Notes under the pieces: generated by a model
What the model saw: the letters and a program-made list of their open reading frames with translations, nothing else
Database searches by the model: none
Told to the model about the DNA's origin: nothing
Program-made: the position numbers and the translations under genes
NCBI GenBank assembly: GCA_030141605.1
Contig: JAQGDQ010000383.1
Span: forward strand, 62,001 to 126,000
Length of the DNA stretch: 64,000 nucleotides
Direction of reading: 5' to 3'
Origin: Tubiluchus corallicola
Lineage: Eukaryota > Animalia > Priapulida
Part shown: positions 1 through 13,400 of the stretch, in pieces
Layout of the letters: every line of letters starts with the position of its first letter
How positions within the stretch are numbered: the first letter of the stretch is position 1

Positions 1-2441
1 GTTCAAAATGATAGACATACGTAACTAGAAAAGAAAATTCTGGGTAACTTAAAAAGTTCTCGCCAACTGGTAAAATGTCCCCGAGTCACCTTCCCAGTGT
101 GTATCAGTGACTCTCCAAAAATGCATTTTTAATCTTATTGGCAAGATAAATTTATACTTTTGCTTAGTTCGTGAAGTGTGTGATACAAATGCTCTGATTA
201 TTTTTTGAACCATTACGCAATGTTACCTGAACTTATTTCAAATGACTTACGTCAAAATGGCTGCGCCTATCGTCATCGCGTGAGTTCAAATGTTTTATAC
301 AGCGTTACTGCTAACGCAAGCTATCTGCGCAACAAGACAGTACGCACGCAATTTGAAATTTCAAGACGAACTTTTTTAGTTTTATGTAAGAAAATGGTTT
401 TCTTGAGTTTGAAAAGTTAAAGGAGCGTCAACTATAACGCCTCTCCTTTTTAACAGGTGATGCAATACATTTTTGAAACAGATTCCACCGCATCAATTGT
501 TTACGAGGCTTGTATCGCCACCTAATGCCTACTCAAATAGTGCTTTCATCATTGACTTTTTGTTTTCAACTGGATTTCTGTGGAAACTACAAATCACGGC
601 GCTGTTTTACAATTTGCATTTGATTGTTGCTAAGGAGAGCACGAAATGAAGCCGCTGTGGAGACGATTCGATCCGGATAATCACGGACTGAGGAAGCCAA
701 TTCGAACAGCAGTTGTAAGGCATAAAGTACACACTCTTTTTAAAAACTAATCCGGTTTATTCGGTTAACACTTACAATTCTAACCAGATTCCTTGTTTTC
801 AATTTACTGAATGCCCAAAGGCGAACATCGGAAATGAGTTTTAATGCATCTGGGACTGAAGAAGTAAAACGAACAAAAGTGATTTTAATTATTTTGCTTA
901 AACTAAAGGCCAGCCAAGTACACAAACATGATCACCTGGGAACAAATTCTATTATGAGATAAAGGCAACGAATTTGTTGTCTGTTGCAAACAAAGTTTGT
1001 CAAACCAAGTCTAAATCGTTGGCAACATATCCGGGCTAATTTATGTCGAGCTCAGATATTTATGTTATGTCTGATTCCAGTTTGAGGAGCTCATAGCCCA
1101 TCTAATGCCGGCTCAACCATAAAAGCCGCAACATGTTTTATTTTATGATTCGACAATTCGTGGTCCTATTTCCTTTCTTTTTCATTTCTTATTTTCATTT
1201 CATTTTCCTATTCTCTCACCCACGCACTCTTTACTCCCTTCGTTCATTGTCATGATACCCATATAAGTCTTACTTCCTGGATTTCATGCAGCAATATTGT
1301 TTGTAATTTTTGTTTATTGATGTTCTGTTGTTTTTCGCCTGTGAACATTATTAAGTGAATCAATAAATGCCTAACAGATAATTATCTAAATGAAGTATCC
1401 AAATTTAACGTATTTGTTTATTTCTCAACTTGGTACACTTAGCATGTCTGACATCTCAAGAACTCATAAAGCTCAATTTCAAAGGTGGAAGCACATTCTT
1501 ATCATTCTGATTTCTGTTACATTTGTTCAGACAGGAAATACATTAATCATTGTCAAACAAAATTTTATTGATTTTACTTTCTACTTTGCACAAAATTCTG
1601 GGTATTAAGTTAACACATTTCTGTATGTAAATCTACATACATTGACATGTGACAATCATACTGTATCTATAAAAGTTTAACGAGACGGTTAATCAATGAA
1701 TAGTCCCGTTCGATCATGCTCTTGTTGATCCAATTAGTCGGCGTAATAGTCTCATTACGCAGGTGATATACGTTACAAGCAATTAAACCAGTGAGACAGT
1801 AAATCATAATAATTAGCGTATGTATCACGGAACGTCTGCACTTTGTAATTATGCTATTTTTCAGCGGATAGAAAAATAATTACCACTTTAGCAATTTGTC
1901 ACGCCTGTAGGCATAATAATTAGGCCCATGCGCAATAAAGAAATTCTTATAACACCGATATAGCTTAGAAACGCAAGTTAGTTACGACCAATGAAATGTT
2001 GAAGATTGAGACGACACCTTTTAAGATTTCGTAGCCTTCAATCTTACGACTCTAGTACTTATAAATTGTCTTTATTTATAATTAACGAATTTATCCAATT
2101 TCCATTACAAGAACAATTTACAATAAAATAAAGCTATATTTGTATGCATTGGTATAATGGTATGACATAAATACAATAAAATGACGCACGCAGGGTTTGA
2201 ATTTGGTTTGTCGGGTCAGGGACTGATTTTGATTTTGTAAGCCCCTGGGCTACAGACACTGTGTGGCAGCGGTCCCAGTGACAATTAACAAAATGATGGA
2301 CTTTCCAAATCAGTTTATTCAACTTCTACAACATATTGCCAACATTAAGCATCTATAGATGAGTACAAGTCTAACACGACAAAAAGAGAAGAGATATTAT
2401 GATATTTACAAATTTAGAATAAGTTTTGAAATATTAAATAT

Positions 2442-2774
2442 TGTAACGGATCCGGGTTCCAGCGCGGATCCGTCTGAGGATGTACCGAGCGGCATACAAG
2501 TTATGAAATACTTTACAGCAGACGAGAAAAGTAAAAAGAATACGAATGCAAAATAAACTTTAATGCACAACCAGTAGCTCCATGACACGTGAACAGACTT
2601 TTGTATAAAAATCAGCAAACTTACAGCATTCGCCCTTACAGAAAGAAAGGCCAGGTTGGAATCGTCAAATTACGGCGTGCATTCTGTTTTATACAGGTAC
2701 ATTTGCATTACTGGGCTTCTCAACCATACCCATTACTAACATTAGGGGGTTGGCCATAATCTGCCTTCGTAACA
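2442..2774 (-). mobile_element. Solo LTR (Ty3/Gypsy-like), 333 bp
   Basis: TGTAAC...GTAACA termini flanked by an ATAT 4-bp target-site duplication (2438-2441, 2775-2778). TATAAAA then ATTAAA in order on the minus strand. Confidence 0.7.
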
Positions 2775-3799
2775 ATATCATGCGTACAAATTACAATAGT
2801 TAAATTGTTGTGGCAGTATTATTGAGCTGGAATAATGGACAAGAAAACCATTACAGTGTATTATTATACAGTAGATTAATTAATTAAGCCCTTTTTACAG
2901 AGGTAGTTGAACATACTTTTACCCTTATTCTGTATTAACTTTTTACAGTAAATTACTTTCATTTAATCTCTGGAGGCCCTTCAGCTAGCGGTAGCCTCTA
3001 GGCTGCAGCCCCATCCGGCATTGGGTCACGTCCGTTATCTATCCGTTATGCACCTGTGTTTAAAAAGGCCTATAACACCACACTCGCTGGGTTTAATGGT
3101 CTCCAGCTAAGCACTGGACCGGTTGATGTCTGCACACTTACTTCCAGACTTTGAAACCCAAAAATCTCTGTGTAGTGTGAGCGGTTAGTAAGTCATCAGT
3201 GGGTAGCTTAAATGCTTAGTAGAGGTCATTTTAGAAAAACTTTTCTTCGTGTCAAGGTTAGTTGCATTAGATGGTCCACTTTTATTAATTTTACTTATGG
3301 ATGTTCCCGTCAAGTTAGACTAATGATAGGCTATGATGATGATGATAAGTCTTTATTAGCTTCTTTTTGCAGGCAAATATTTCTTTATAAACATTGTACA
3401 ATTTTACATAGACACTAGACAGAGTGAATTCTTCAATATTACATGTTACCCATTCTCTAATTAGCAGCTTTTTTAATTTATGCATATAACATTATTTACA
3501 GTAATGTTAAACAAGGAGTATTAAAATGAGTGCAATAATCAAGGTTATTAATGAAGCAAGCTTCCTGTGAGGTAACATAAAAATGTAGATAAATTAATAT
3601 ACTAAATTATTAAATTCCTAACTCAATATTTAAATCCACAAGAGTTGCAATCAATAATCTCAAAAACGACACAAATTCAATCCCTATTTTACTAAAATTT
3701 AGCAGTAAGATCTTAAAATAAAGGGGTCCTTTACAAAGTAGGTTAGTACCGATATAAAATTATCATTTTTGGTGCAATACACAAGATTTAAGTTCTGAT

Positions 3800-4020
3800 T
3801 TCCCAGTTAGTTTAGTAATGCATATCGCCTGTTTGCGCCAACTCGGGGAAATCTGTATATCAAATGTTCTGGATTCTGGGCTTTATGAATGCTGCCATAC
3901 CGCATTCACAAAACTCATCTCTAGCAAATCCAATACGACTCATCAATTCATTAAAATTTCCCTGTCCAGTCAATAACCTCACTGCTAGATAAAATATTTT
4001 GTCGGTCTCTGAAAGCTGCT
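3800..4020 (-). mobile_element. Non-LTR retrotransposon ORF2 C-terminal zinc-knuckle fragment (R1/LOA/I-group-like)
   Basis: Minus strand reads RLLTGQGNFNELMSRIGFARDEFCECG, then after a frameshift PEHLIYRFP. This matches the LTGHG..CxCG..EH...CP pattern. Confidence 0.6.
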
Positions 4021-4696
4021 ATTGTTTTGTCGTTAGATCAGAAGGCGACGAGAGTGTCAGGAAATTTATTTGCCCCTCCACTGTACAAAAGAAACCCAAA
4101 GTTTAAACAAAACCGACAAAACGATGACATTTTAAGTAAAGAATACCTATCTTAATTTCTAGTACTGTATTACGATTTTTTATGGTGCGGGTAAAATCAT
4201 CTTCTCATTTTCTTTAGTCCTTTTATTATAGTTTATTACTTTATATGTATGTATTGCAACGATTCTATTCTATTCTGGGTCTTCGTCGCCAGGGGGTTTG
4301 ATTGGTCGCTCCCTGGTCGGTTTGTTACCTCGCATTTCGGATGCCAAGTGGTCCGGGTTCAATGCGAGGATAATGAAAACTTTATAAACACAGACAGAGA
4401 GTAAATTGTCCTGTTTGCCTCGTGCTGGTTGTCTTTATGGAACAGGTGCCGTGATGTTAAAAACGCCTGGCCTGTACTTACTGAATCGACGTGGTCATGC
4501 CATACCAGCTACTTATGGTTGCAATGCTTATATGCAATAGCTTCGTAATGGACCGAACAATCACAAAGTAGGGGTGGGGTGAAAAAACAGGATTTCGCAG
4601 TCGTAACAGTATTTTTGCAAAAATATGAACAAATTTTATATGTAATATGTTGTAATTTTATCTCATTGAATAAATAATTTGTAACTATTTTACTCT

Positions 4697-4792
4697 ATTC
4701 TGTTCTGTTCTGGTCGTTCTGTTCTATTCTATTCTATTCTATTCTATTCTATTCTATTCTATTCTATTCTATTCTATTCTATTCTATTCTAT
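4697..4792. repeat. (TTCTA)n microsatellite
   Basis: Direct reading. Confidence 0.95.
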
Positions 4793-5649
4793 TTGCTGCT
4801 CCAAAGACCATTAACGGCAGGGGCACAATTCATACCGGTTTCTAAATGAGAATGGTGCACATGTCACGTGTCAATGGCAATAAGAAATAGCAGAAAGATT
4901 AAATATTGAAACTATATTTATACTAGCCATTTATGATAACGTTTAAAAATAGCAAGTTATCATTTCCTGACACCCTGTAGATCATTAAATCGATGGTTTG
5001 TAAGCCGCCCCAAATCCGCGTCTGCCGTCCGATCCGTCTCAAGATTCCAGTTTCGTCCTGACACTCTTTGACGGGGAGGAGGAACAGGCACAAAATTTGA
5101 TTAACAATGATTTCCCTTACTGCTTAACTCCAAAAAATCATCATTTCTCATAGAACTATTCCTCTACTCGACATATGTAGTTACAGACTTTGAGAAATTT
5201 TTCTCAACGTGAGGGATAACAGAACTAAGTTAAATTTATAGCATTTTTAACACGTAATGTGCGGTAATCTAGAAGCTGTTGTTGCAATTAATGAATAGGT
5301 CATATAGTCATGTATTAGATTTTTAGAATGAAATTACACGCGCAACATGCAGGCCTGTGCCCAGTGTAACCACGACTTCTAAAGAAAGTTATACACCTAG
5401 ACGTGATTGTTTATGTTTGCCTAAATGACTGCATGGTGCATGACCGGTGCTTTGGGTTAGCTTTAACCAGCTTGGCTCAAATCATATATATATTCATTCA
5501 AGCGCTCACTCGTTTAACATGAAGCAGATAACAGTGTTACAAATCAAGACACCACTAATTTCAAATAATTTATGTATATATATATAAGTTAATATATATA
5601 TACAAGTTATTTGAAATTATTGGTTTCTTGATTTAATGAATAAATTAAC

Positions 5650-5910
5650 GAATGAATGAATGAATGAATGAATGAATGAATGAATGAATGAATGAATGAA
5701 TGAAAGAGTGAATAAAGAAATAAACAGATAAATAAGTAAGCGACTAAATGAATGAATTAATCACTAGAGAAAAAAGAAAAAATGAATGAGTAAAAGAACA
5801 AGCAAACTAACTAAATGAACGAAAGAACAAATAGACAAACAAACGCACGAAATGAATATGAATGAACAAGCAGACAAACAAACGAGTGAGCAAACAAACG
5901 AGCAAGCAAT
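5650..5910. repeat. (GAAT)n microsatellite decaying into A-rich tetramers
   Basis: Pure GAAT at 5650-5704, then AAAT/ACAA/GCAA variants. Confidence 0.9.
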
Positions 5911-6049
5911 CACAATAAAAAATAAACACCTGGCTATTTTTATACAATTCATAAGGTTTTTCAGGGCTGCAATCCAGAATAACAGCATTGCACTGGCATT
6001 GCTGGATCATCGTCACCGCGCGTGTACTTATGTACCATATGTGAACAAC

Positions 6050-6245
6050 AAAAGTCAAAATGCCCCTTAGGTCTCAGAAAATTCTTTATTTTTCTCAGAA
6101 GCTTTCGTCACTCACGGAGTTGATCATCCTTCAAGATCTAAGCTATACCAAGCTGATTTCAGCAGATGAAATCCATAAGGGACGAAAGCTTCTGAGAAAA
6201 ATTAAAAATTTCTTGAGACTTAATTGACATTTTGACTTCTTTTAC
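6050..6245. mobile_element. Palindromic MITE-like element, family copy 1
   Basis: About 70-bp imperfect inverted arms (AGTCAAAATG...GTCTCA...CTCAGAAGCTTTCGTC). Similar to 39906-40097. Confidence 0.7.
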
Positions 6246-6594
6246 AGTTATGATTATGGCAAGTCTCAGAAGAGCATTATCTTATTTTCAAACTTGGTAG
6301 TAGCACATTTGCCCTAGATAAAAATGTTGTACAGATGCTGATCATCTCTAATTTGCATGGCTCATTAGAAGAAGCTGAAGCAGTACTCTCTACTCATGAA
6401 TTGTCTGCATGTACGCTAATTGAGCCCATTTCTTCCATCTCCATGAAAATCTAATCATGCAATGACATTAATATTGTTCTGAGAAAATCACATTGATTTG
6501 TTTTAGAAGAAAAACATGCTGATTTGCATTGGGAAATCTTTACGAAAAGGGTCATTGCCAGAGGTAAATCGTTGTCTTACAAAATCTGCATGTA

Positions 6595-7395
6595 TAACGT
6601 TATGTTGCGTTACTTATGTTGTGTCATGTTATGTCATGTCATGTGTATGTCATGTCATGTCATGTCGTGTCGTGTCGTGTTATGTCATGTGATGTCATGT
6701 TATGTTATGTTATGTTGCTTTACATTACATTATGTTGTGTTGTGTTGCATTTTGTTATATTATGTCATGTTGTGTTACGCTATATTACATTAGGTTACAT
6801 TACGTTACACTAAGCTATGTTACGCCACGGTACACTATGTTATGTTACTTTATGTTGTGTCATGTTGTGTCATGTTGTGTTATGTTATGTTATGTTATGA
6901 AATGTTATGTCATGCCATGTCCGGTCATGTCATGTTTTGTTATGTTACTTAACGTTACTTTATGTTGTGTTGTGTTATGTTATGTTGCGTTATATTATTT
7001 ATATTATATTGTATTGTATTGTATTGTATTGTATTGTATTGTATTGTATTGTATTGTATTGTATTGTATTGTATTGTATTGTATTGTATTGTATTGTATT
7101 GTATTGTATTGTATTGTATTGTATGGTATGGTATGGTATGGTATGGTATGGTATGGTATGGTATGGTATGGCATGGCATGGCATGGCATGGCATGGCATG
7201 GCATGGCATGGCATGGCATGGCATGGCATTGCATTGCATTGCATCGCATCGCATCGCATCGCATCGCATCGCATCGCATCGTATCGTATCATATATCATA
7301 TCATATTATATTAGGTGACATTTAGCTACGCTATGTTGCATTATGTTCTGTTAGGTTATGTTGTGTTTTGTTTTATTATGTTATATTATGTCGCA
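6595..7395. repeat. Compound pentanucleotide microsatellite
   Basis: Degenerate TTATG flanks around pure blocks of GTATT, GTATG, GCATG, GCATT, GCATC and GTATC. Confidence 0.97.
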
Positions 7396-9309
7396 TGCCA
7401 AAAGTTTATAGGCGTGAATACGACGTGTAGTTATAGTTATAGTTCACTCGTATGCCATTTATTAACGCCTAAATTTTCACCATCAATTAGTGTACGCCAA
7501 TGTAGTACGTGTAACTATCATGTGTTTTGATAAATTATAGTAATTATTATGTTCGCAAATGCACCCTGAAAATTTTGTACGTGCAAGAAAATTACGTCGC
7601 ATTATCAATAACGGCGCGAACACTTCACGTAGTATCCGTATACTACTTTGGCGACGAAAATGCAACAGCTCAGTAGCCACTGTGTGCCCGTAATTATAGA
7701 AGTTAAATAATGCCGAGCTTAGTTAGTAAATAGATAAGTAAATTCCAGAAAGTTTCTTCTGCTGTGCTGACTATTGTGCAGAAGGAGTATGTCAACCGAA
7801 CGATAACAGACTGTTATTACCGACACAGATACAGACCGTAATTACACGAGAGTTTGCAAGAATACGGTATTTCAAAGTTTTTGCCAAATCGGAACAAGAA
7901 ATGTCACAACCCCAATATTTAGCTGTAGTTCGACTTTCTATTGCACATATGACGTACAGTACACTTAAAAGTACATTTTGGAAAAAATGGAAATGGCTAA
8001 TTGACTTACTAGATTGTGTTAAAGAATCTTCTAAGGGTTATTAGCTCTTGTTACGTAATTTAATTCTGTATGGGAGTGTTCAAAAACGACCAAAACAATG
8101 TTAAGCGGACTATATAATTTCCGAACAGCTCCATGCGAAAAAGAGTCTAGTTATTTAATTGTTCTAATTCTTAAGCCTCTTCTCTGAAATAGCAGTCGAT
8201 TGACCTACTGTGTAGTAACCATTAAGCAATATGGAATAGCAGAAATAAATCTCGATTTTTCGATAGAAGGTTAAGTTACCGAGAATAATAGTTACCTAAA
8301 AAATTATATTTTAGGTTCAGCCCAAATTGATAAGAAATCAAACGACCGAAATTAACTGCAAAGAACTGGAAATAATGGTTAGAGAGGTTGAAAATGAGAA
8401 AGCCGTGTAATTATTTAATAAACTTAGTGCAACATTCTATAATGAAATAAACAATACCATAATATATCTCAAGTAAATAGTATAATAATTTTTTGTATAA
8501 ATAAGTTTAGTCAGTACGAATTTGCATAAATTCTGTAAATTGGCAGTTGTAGTACGCTGAAAATCTTGTCTAATCTGGTAAAGAGTGATAATAAAAAATA
8601 CTGCCGAACAAGTCTATTATACGGCTGTAATTATAACAACAGTGTTAGTGATTACTTAAAACTGCGTCCTATCCGTCAGCATTTTGTCGCTAAATAGTGA
8701 CGTTCTTAAAAGAGTGACAACTTTGTGAAACGCAAGTGTTAACGAGCTCGCTAAAATCGTCACCAAATTGATAAAAACGATGTCATTAACTTTGCGACGG
8801 CTTTGTGAAAACGGCTCCAGGCTTTTGTATTTTCACAGGTGTTCTGAGTTACACGATGCCAACGTTCCGTTTGTCTTAAGTGAAAAATGTCTAGGACATA
8901 CAATGAGATTTGATTAAAATGGCCTTTCCGAAGTACCATGCAAGTGCTTCTTGTGAATAGGCCATATCTTGAAAAATCGAGAGATAAGATAAGATGATAA
9001 GATGGGATAAAATAATATTTATTTTCATCGGTATGATATAAACAGTACATATTTGTAGAAACATGAGCTTCAAAGCTCGTAAACCGATATCAAACATAAT
9101 GTATGTGAGCGATAACATGGTAATAATATGTACTTCTTAAATCTTTTGGATGCTACCAGAGAACTACATGAAGACAGTAAAAATTTGAGACAGTTAAGGA
9201 TTGAGACAGTAAAAATTTTAGGCAGTAACATTTTCTAAAATTTACACGAAAAGCTATTTAGGTCAATAAAATTTTTCTGCCAACATTTCAGCATTTAATT
9301 GGGAAGTTC

Positions 9310-9904
9310 GCTGAATTTACAAATGGCACATTTACATGATACACCAGTCCATGAGTTAATTAGACGTTTAAATTCCCCAAGATTTTCAGCCATTCGGAGA
9401 CAGTTTGGTAATTCATTCAACAGGAGAAACTTTTCTTGCCATATGTAACACCATCATTATAAACTTGACGGAGCGCTCTGAAATTCAAACGCTCTAACTT
9501 CTGGCTGTTTGATTTACTACAGAAGTGCCAAATTACAAGGCAGAAATTAAAATTCGACTTGACAAATGTGCGATCAAAGTTCAGGCGATAGTCTATATTT
9601 ACACCAAGAAGTTTCATTCTCATCCGTACATTCAATATCCGCTCCTTTAATGTTGAAAGTAGGTTTCAGGTCGTGTGTAATTTTGCCCACAGCAATCCCC
9701 TGAGACTTCCCCGGATTTCCTTCCATCTGGTTGGAAGCAAACCAGTTGACCAGTGCGTAATTTCAACCTCTAATGGTTGTTTCATATCATTAAACGATAT
9801 ACTGGAGTAAGAAACAGTATTGTCATCAGCGTAGTTGTACAAGGTGGATTTATTGATAAAATGGAAGATATCATTAATAAAACAATTAAATGATATCTTC
9901 CATT
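9310..9904 (-). mobile_element. 5'-truncated LINE reverse transcriptase fragment (CR1 group: L2/Crack-like)
   Basis: Minus strand FNCFINDIFHFINKSTLYNYADDNT, WFASNQMEGNPGK, LLGVNID.RLNF and IWHFCS...KLERL..RALR, broken by frameshifts. Confidence 0.85.
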
Positions 9905-10482
9905 GATAATTAGGAGAGGATCAGTTCAAGAAAAGGCCAACTATATAGGATTCTCATAAAATTTAAATAGGCCTGCTTTCGAGTGGACTATTGCACCATT
10001 GTGTTCCAGTCCTCTCAAACAAAGAGAAATAATCTTTATGATAAAAATAAGCAAAAGTACACCATCAACAAGAGGATATCAGATCTATAGCTTTCATCTA
10101 GTGAACGATTTATCAACATCCGAAAAGCCTATAAGTAATACTGTAGTTAACACAGCATGCGGCTGCAAATTCGCAACTGAGCCTGCTATGTTCCTTCTCA
10201 CGTAAGATATGGAACAGGATCTTTGTGCAATGTGCCTCATACGTACAGAATTTTTTATTGTGACATCACAAACAAACCTATCTGCTAAACGGAGAGGATC
10301 AAATTTTACCACAAAAACTGAAAAAGTTCTATAACTAGAAGATTTTCTACGCATTCAAAGGCCAATTTGTTGCAAAAAATAAGAGCATGTTGAATAAGTC
10401 TCACTTTTCATAATATAAAATCATTGGAGAAACAAAAAACTGAAAGAAAACTTGACATTTAAAAGATTAAAGACATTTTGAA

Positions 10483-13400
10483 ATGGCTGTGATGCCTGAC
10501 AGAGCAGAGGCGGACTATCCAGCCGCCAAAAGGTCAACGGTGAAGCAGCTCCTATCGGAAATTCGGGCTGATTTTCGATATGTCAGAGAAATGATGGAAC
10601 AAGTAGACGTAGTAGACGATCGCTCTATCAGAATCAGAAGTATTCTGGAAAAATCAGAGATGAGGTTACGACAGAAGACTCAACTGATCCTTCAGCAAGT
10701 AAGTGATCAAGTTGATTCCCTGCCACTGATTTCTGCACCTCAAACACAGACCGGAATGAAGAAACTCCAACAATTTCCGAGAAAAGACTTGCATGCCGGT
10801 CGAGGGCACTACCGAAGCGCTGCACCTAAGCTACAATTATCTGTTGAAGATCGAGCTATTTTAAATCCAAATAATAGCAAAAATCGCGTGGTTATGAATC
10901 GCATTTTCAACATTCCATTACCAGCAATCAAAAGCAAAGACACGACTCGTATAAAGACTCGAAGTACGTTACCGCCTCTTGGTTTTTTGGCTCAGCAGTT
11001 AAACCGGCCAGATGAAGAAATAGACGTGTATCTGCCTCAGGGCGAAGTTGACAAAGGGATCCTAAGTCTCACATGGAGGGGATACGTTCCACCAGCGGCG
11101 GAACTAACTGTCTCTCCTCCACTTGTAAGCAAAACACCTGCTCGCTTGCATTCAGTTGAAGAAAAGCTTCAAGCACGTGGTACTGTACCAGCAGTTTACG
11201 AACGCCAACCACTGCTTACGATTAGAATTGATGAAAACATGGAAAAAGAACGACTAAAAAAATTGAAACTAGTTAATGATGGTCTTCCATCGACGTCAGA
11301 ATTGAATAGTTCCTCTACGGAAACCAGTGTGCAGAAGCCTCAGCGTCCTCCATCACCTGTGAATTTACTCAAAGAATCAATTTCAGAACTATTAATTAAA
11401 GATGGGACCACCTTGAGAACACAGGAATATGTAGCTTTCAAGGATAGATACGATGGACCTTGGGGGAGTGTGAATGTTGTACTAGAGCAGCTAGAAGCAC
11501 TCATGTCACGGTACACAATCCCTGAAGCTGTAATCGACACCAAAGAACTGATTAAATTAGCAACAAGTTGGGAACTCATTTCTGGAATCAAAGATTCTGA
11601 TCTTCTCCAAACAGTTAAAAACGCACAAGTCGAAAACCTGATGAAAGAACCCGGTAGAATATTTCGTGGGCAGAATGGTTACGAACTGGCTGCCGTTAAG
11701 ATCCAGGCTACAGTAAGAGCTTATCAAGTCAGATGTCGCTATTTGGAATTGAAAATGCGCAACAAGGCTTCGGGAATAATCGGACTTGCATGGCACTTGT
11801 ACAAAAATGTGCAGATTATTAAAAAGCACCTCAACAAAACACGCCTGGATCATTTGAAGAAATACAAAGAACAGATGGAAGAACTGAAAAGTGCTTGGAA
11901 CAAAATACAAGACAATTGTCGAATAATTATTCACTTGCCCTCTTTGGATGCACCTCAGGTACACAGAGTTTAACTTGTAGTAAAATAATAATAAGTAATA
12001 ATTGGTTTTTATAAACTGCAATGGTTTATAAAAATTCTGGCAATCGCAAACACCATTAACTAATTATACCGTTAGTTACCAACTTACCAGCTAATTTGAG
12101 AAAGTGTTGATACCATAAGTATGCCCCTACTATCATGGGTACAGGTGGCGCTGTTGGATTGTGAGTTACATGAGGAAATCTTCGACATGCTCTATCATGC
12201 TGGACTGGTAGCTCAAGTAGTAGAGCGTGGGAGTACTAATCCCGATAAATCCACAATTTTTAGTGACTCCTTTCTCCAACTCATTACCAGCAATGGGTAG
12301 TAATTTGTAAAGTAAACGCAACGGTTTATAAAAATTCAGCATCTATTTCCGTCAATCAGATAACAGCGTCTATTTCCGTCAGTAGACAAGGTCATCGTGC
12401 TGTCTATTTTGTCCATCCATTAACGAAAGACGTGTTAGCCAGAAGTTACTGAGGTATAGATGTTCCTATGCATTTTATTTTTCAACATTTTTATTGAGCA
12501 TAAATTAATTGCCATTTTTCCTTTTCGAGCAGCCCTTGTATATTTGGGTTCTTCATTCATTCCAGCACATTAGAGCCACGACGAAAAACCTTCCTTTACG
12601 CCAGAACCTGCAAATTGGACGTCTTGGTGAAATATTTGATGAAAACGTTGAAGTCATTTACATTTCTCCAATGGAGACCGAAGAATACATTGATAGCTAT
12701 TACAAGTACGACTTTTAAGTTACAGTCATAAGCAACTATTGCCACTATTACGGTACTAAAGTGCTTAATGCACATGAATCTGTTACAGGTTTAGGATATA
12801 AACACGCATTATATGGGTATTTGCCAGGACATAGATTTTACGATAGTAGTCTAGTTTTTTGGACGAAACTTTTCTAATAGATTTAGCATAACGTGTAACA
12901 ATAAGCAGCCACATCTCTAACAGTTTACTGGATCGATCAACGTCCATACCAGATGTGTGCCTATCTAACATTGCCGCCCATACAAATGTATGTCTGCTTA
13001 TTGTGACAGTAGTAACAGCAACAATAAGAAACAACTTTGTCCATTTTTATTTCGCGTAGAAGTAGAACTCCGCATTTACAGCAACAGCTTGATTGTAATA
13101 ATCACAAGAAGAACTAATCAAATTGAAATACGCGAGTGTTTCAATTAAAGGAAATCTCTGCCCACAGATTTCGCCCCTATATCAGCAACATATAATTCCA
13201 ATCGCGCTCTAGCTGTTGCCTTTTTACTGCTATAGTATTTTTGCGCAATTGAGTAGATTTGCAATTACCCTGCCATAAAATGTCTGCAAAGCGCAATTAG
13301 ATTAAATCGGGTTTGTAATTCATGTATTATAAATCAAGAATGTCAGCAGCTCTTTCATTAGTGCTATTGTGAAACGTTCTCATTAAACAAACTCCCGGTT

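Noticed and set aside
257-720. Possible gene start ATGGCTGCG...GC/GTGAGT with an exon near 635-714
   Set aside because: The joined frame stops after about 22 codons and no further exons or homology were found.
6524-7530. Many overlapping ORFs with CIVLY/GMAWH/NTIQY repeats
   Set aside because: Translations of a pentanucleotide microsatellite, open in most frames on both strands.
10634-12021. Minus-strand ORFs over IQCH exon 1, and likewise over the 55.6-56.9 kb ORF
   Set aside because: Antisense shadows of real coding sequence with no recognisable motifs.
12200-12260. tRNA-like sequences (also about 4310, 25270, 25902, 39105)
   Set aside because: A/B boxes are partly present but acceptor and anticodon stems do not close; treated as SINE heads, not tRNA genes.
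12789-12830. Acceptor at 12788 as IQCH exon 3
   Set aside because: In-frame stop after four codons; the exon at 15598 restores the conserved YYKKLLS sequence.
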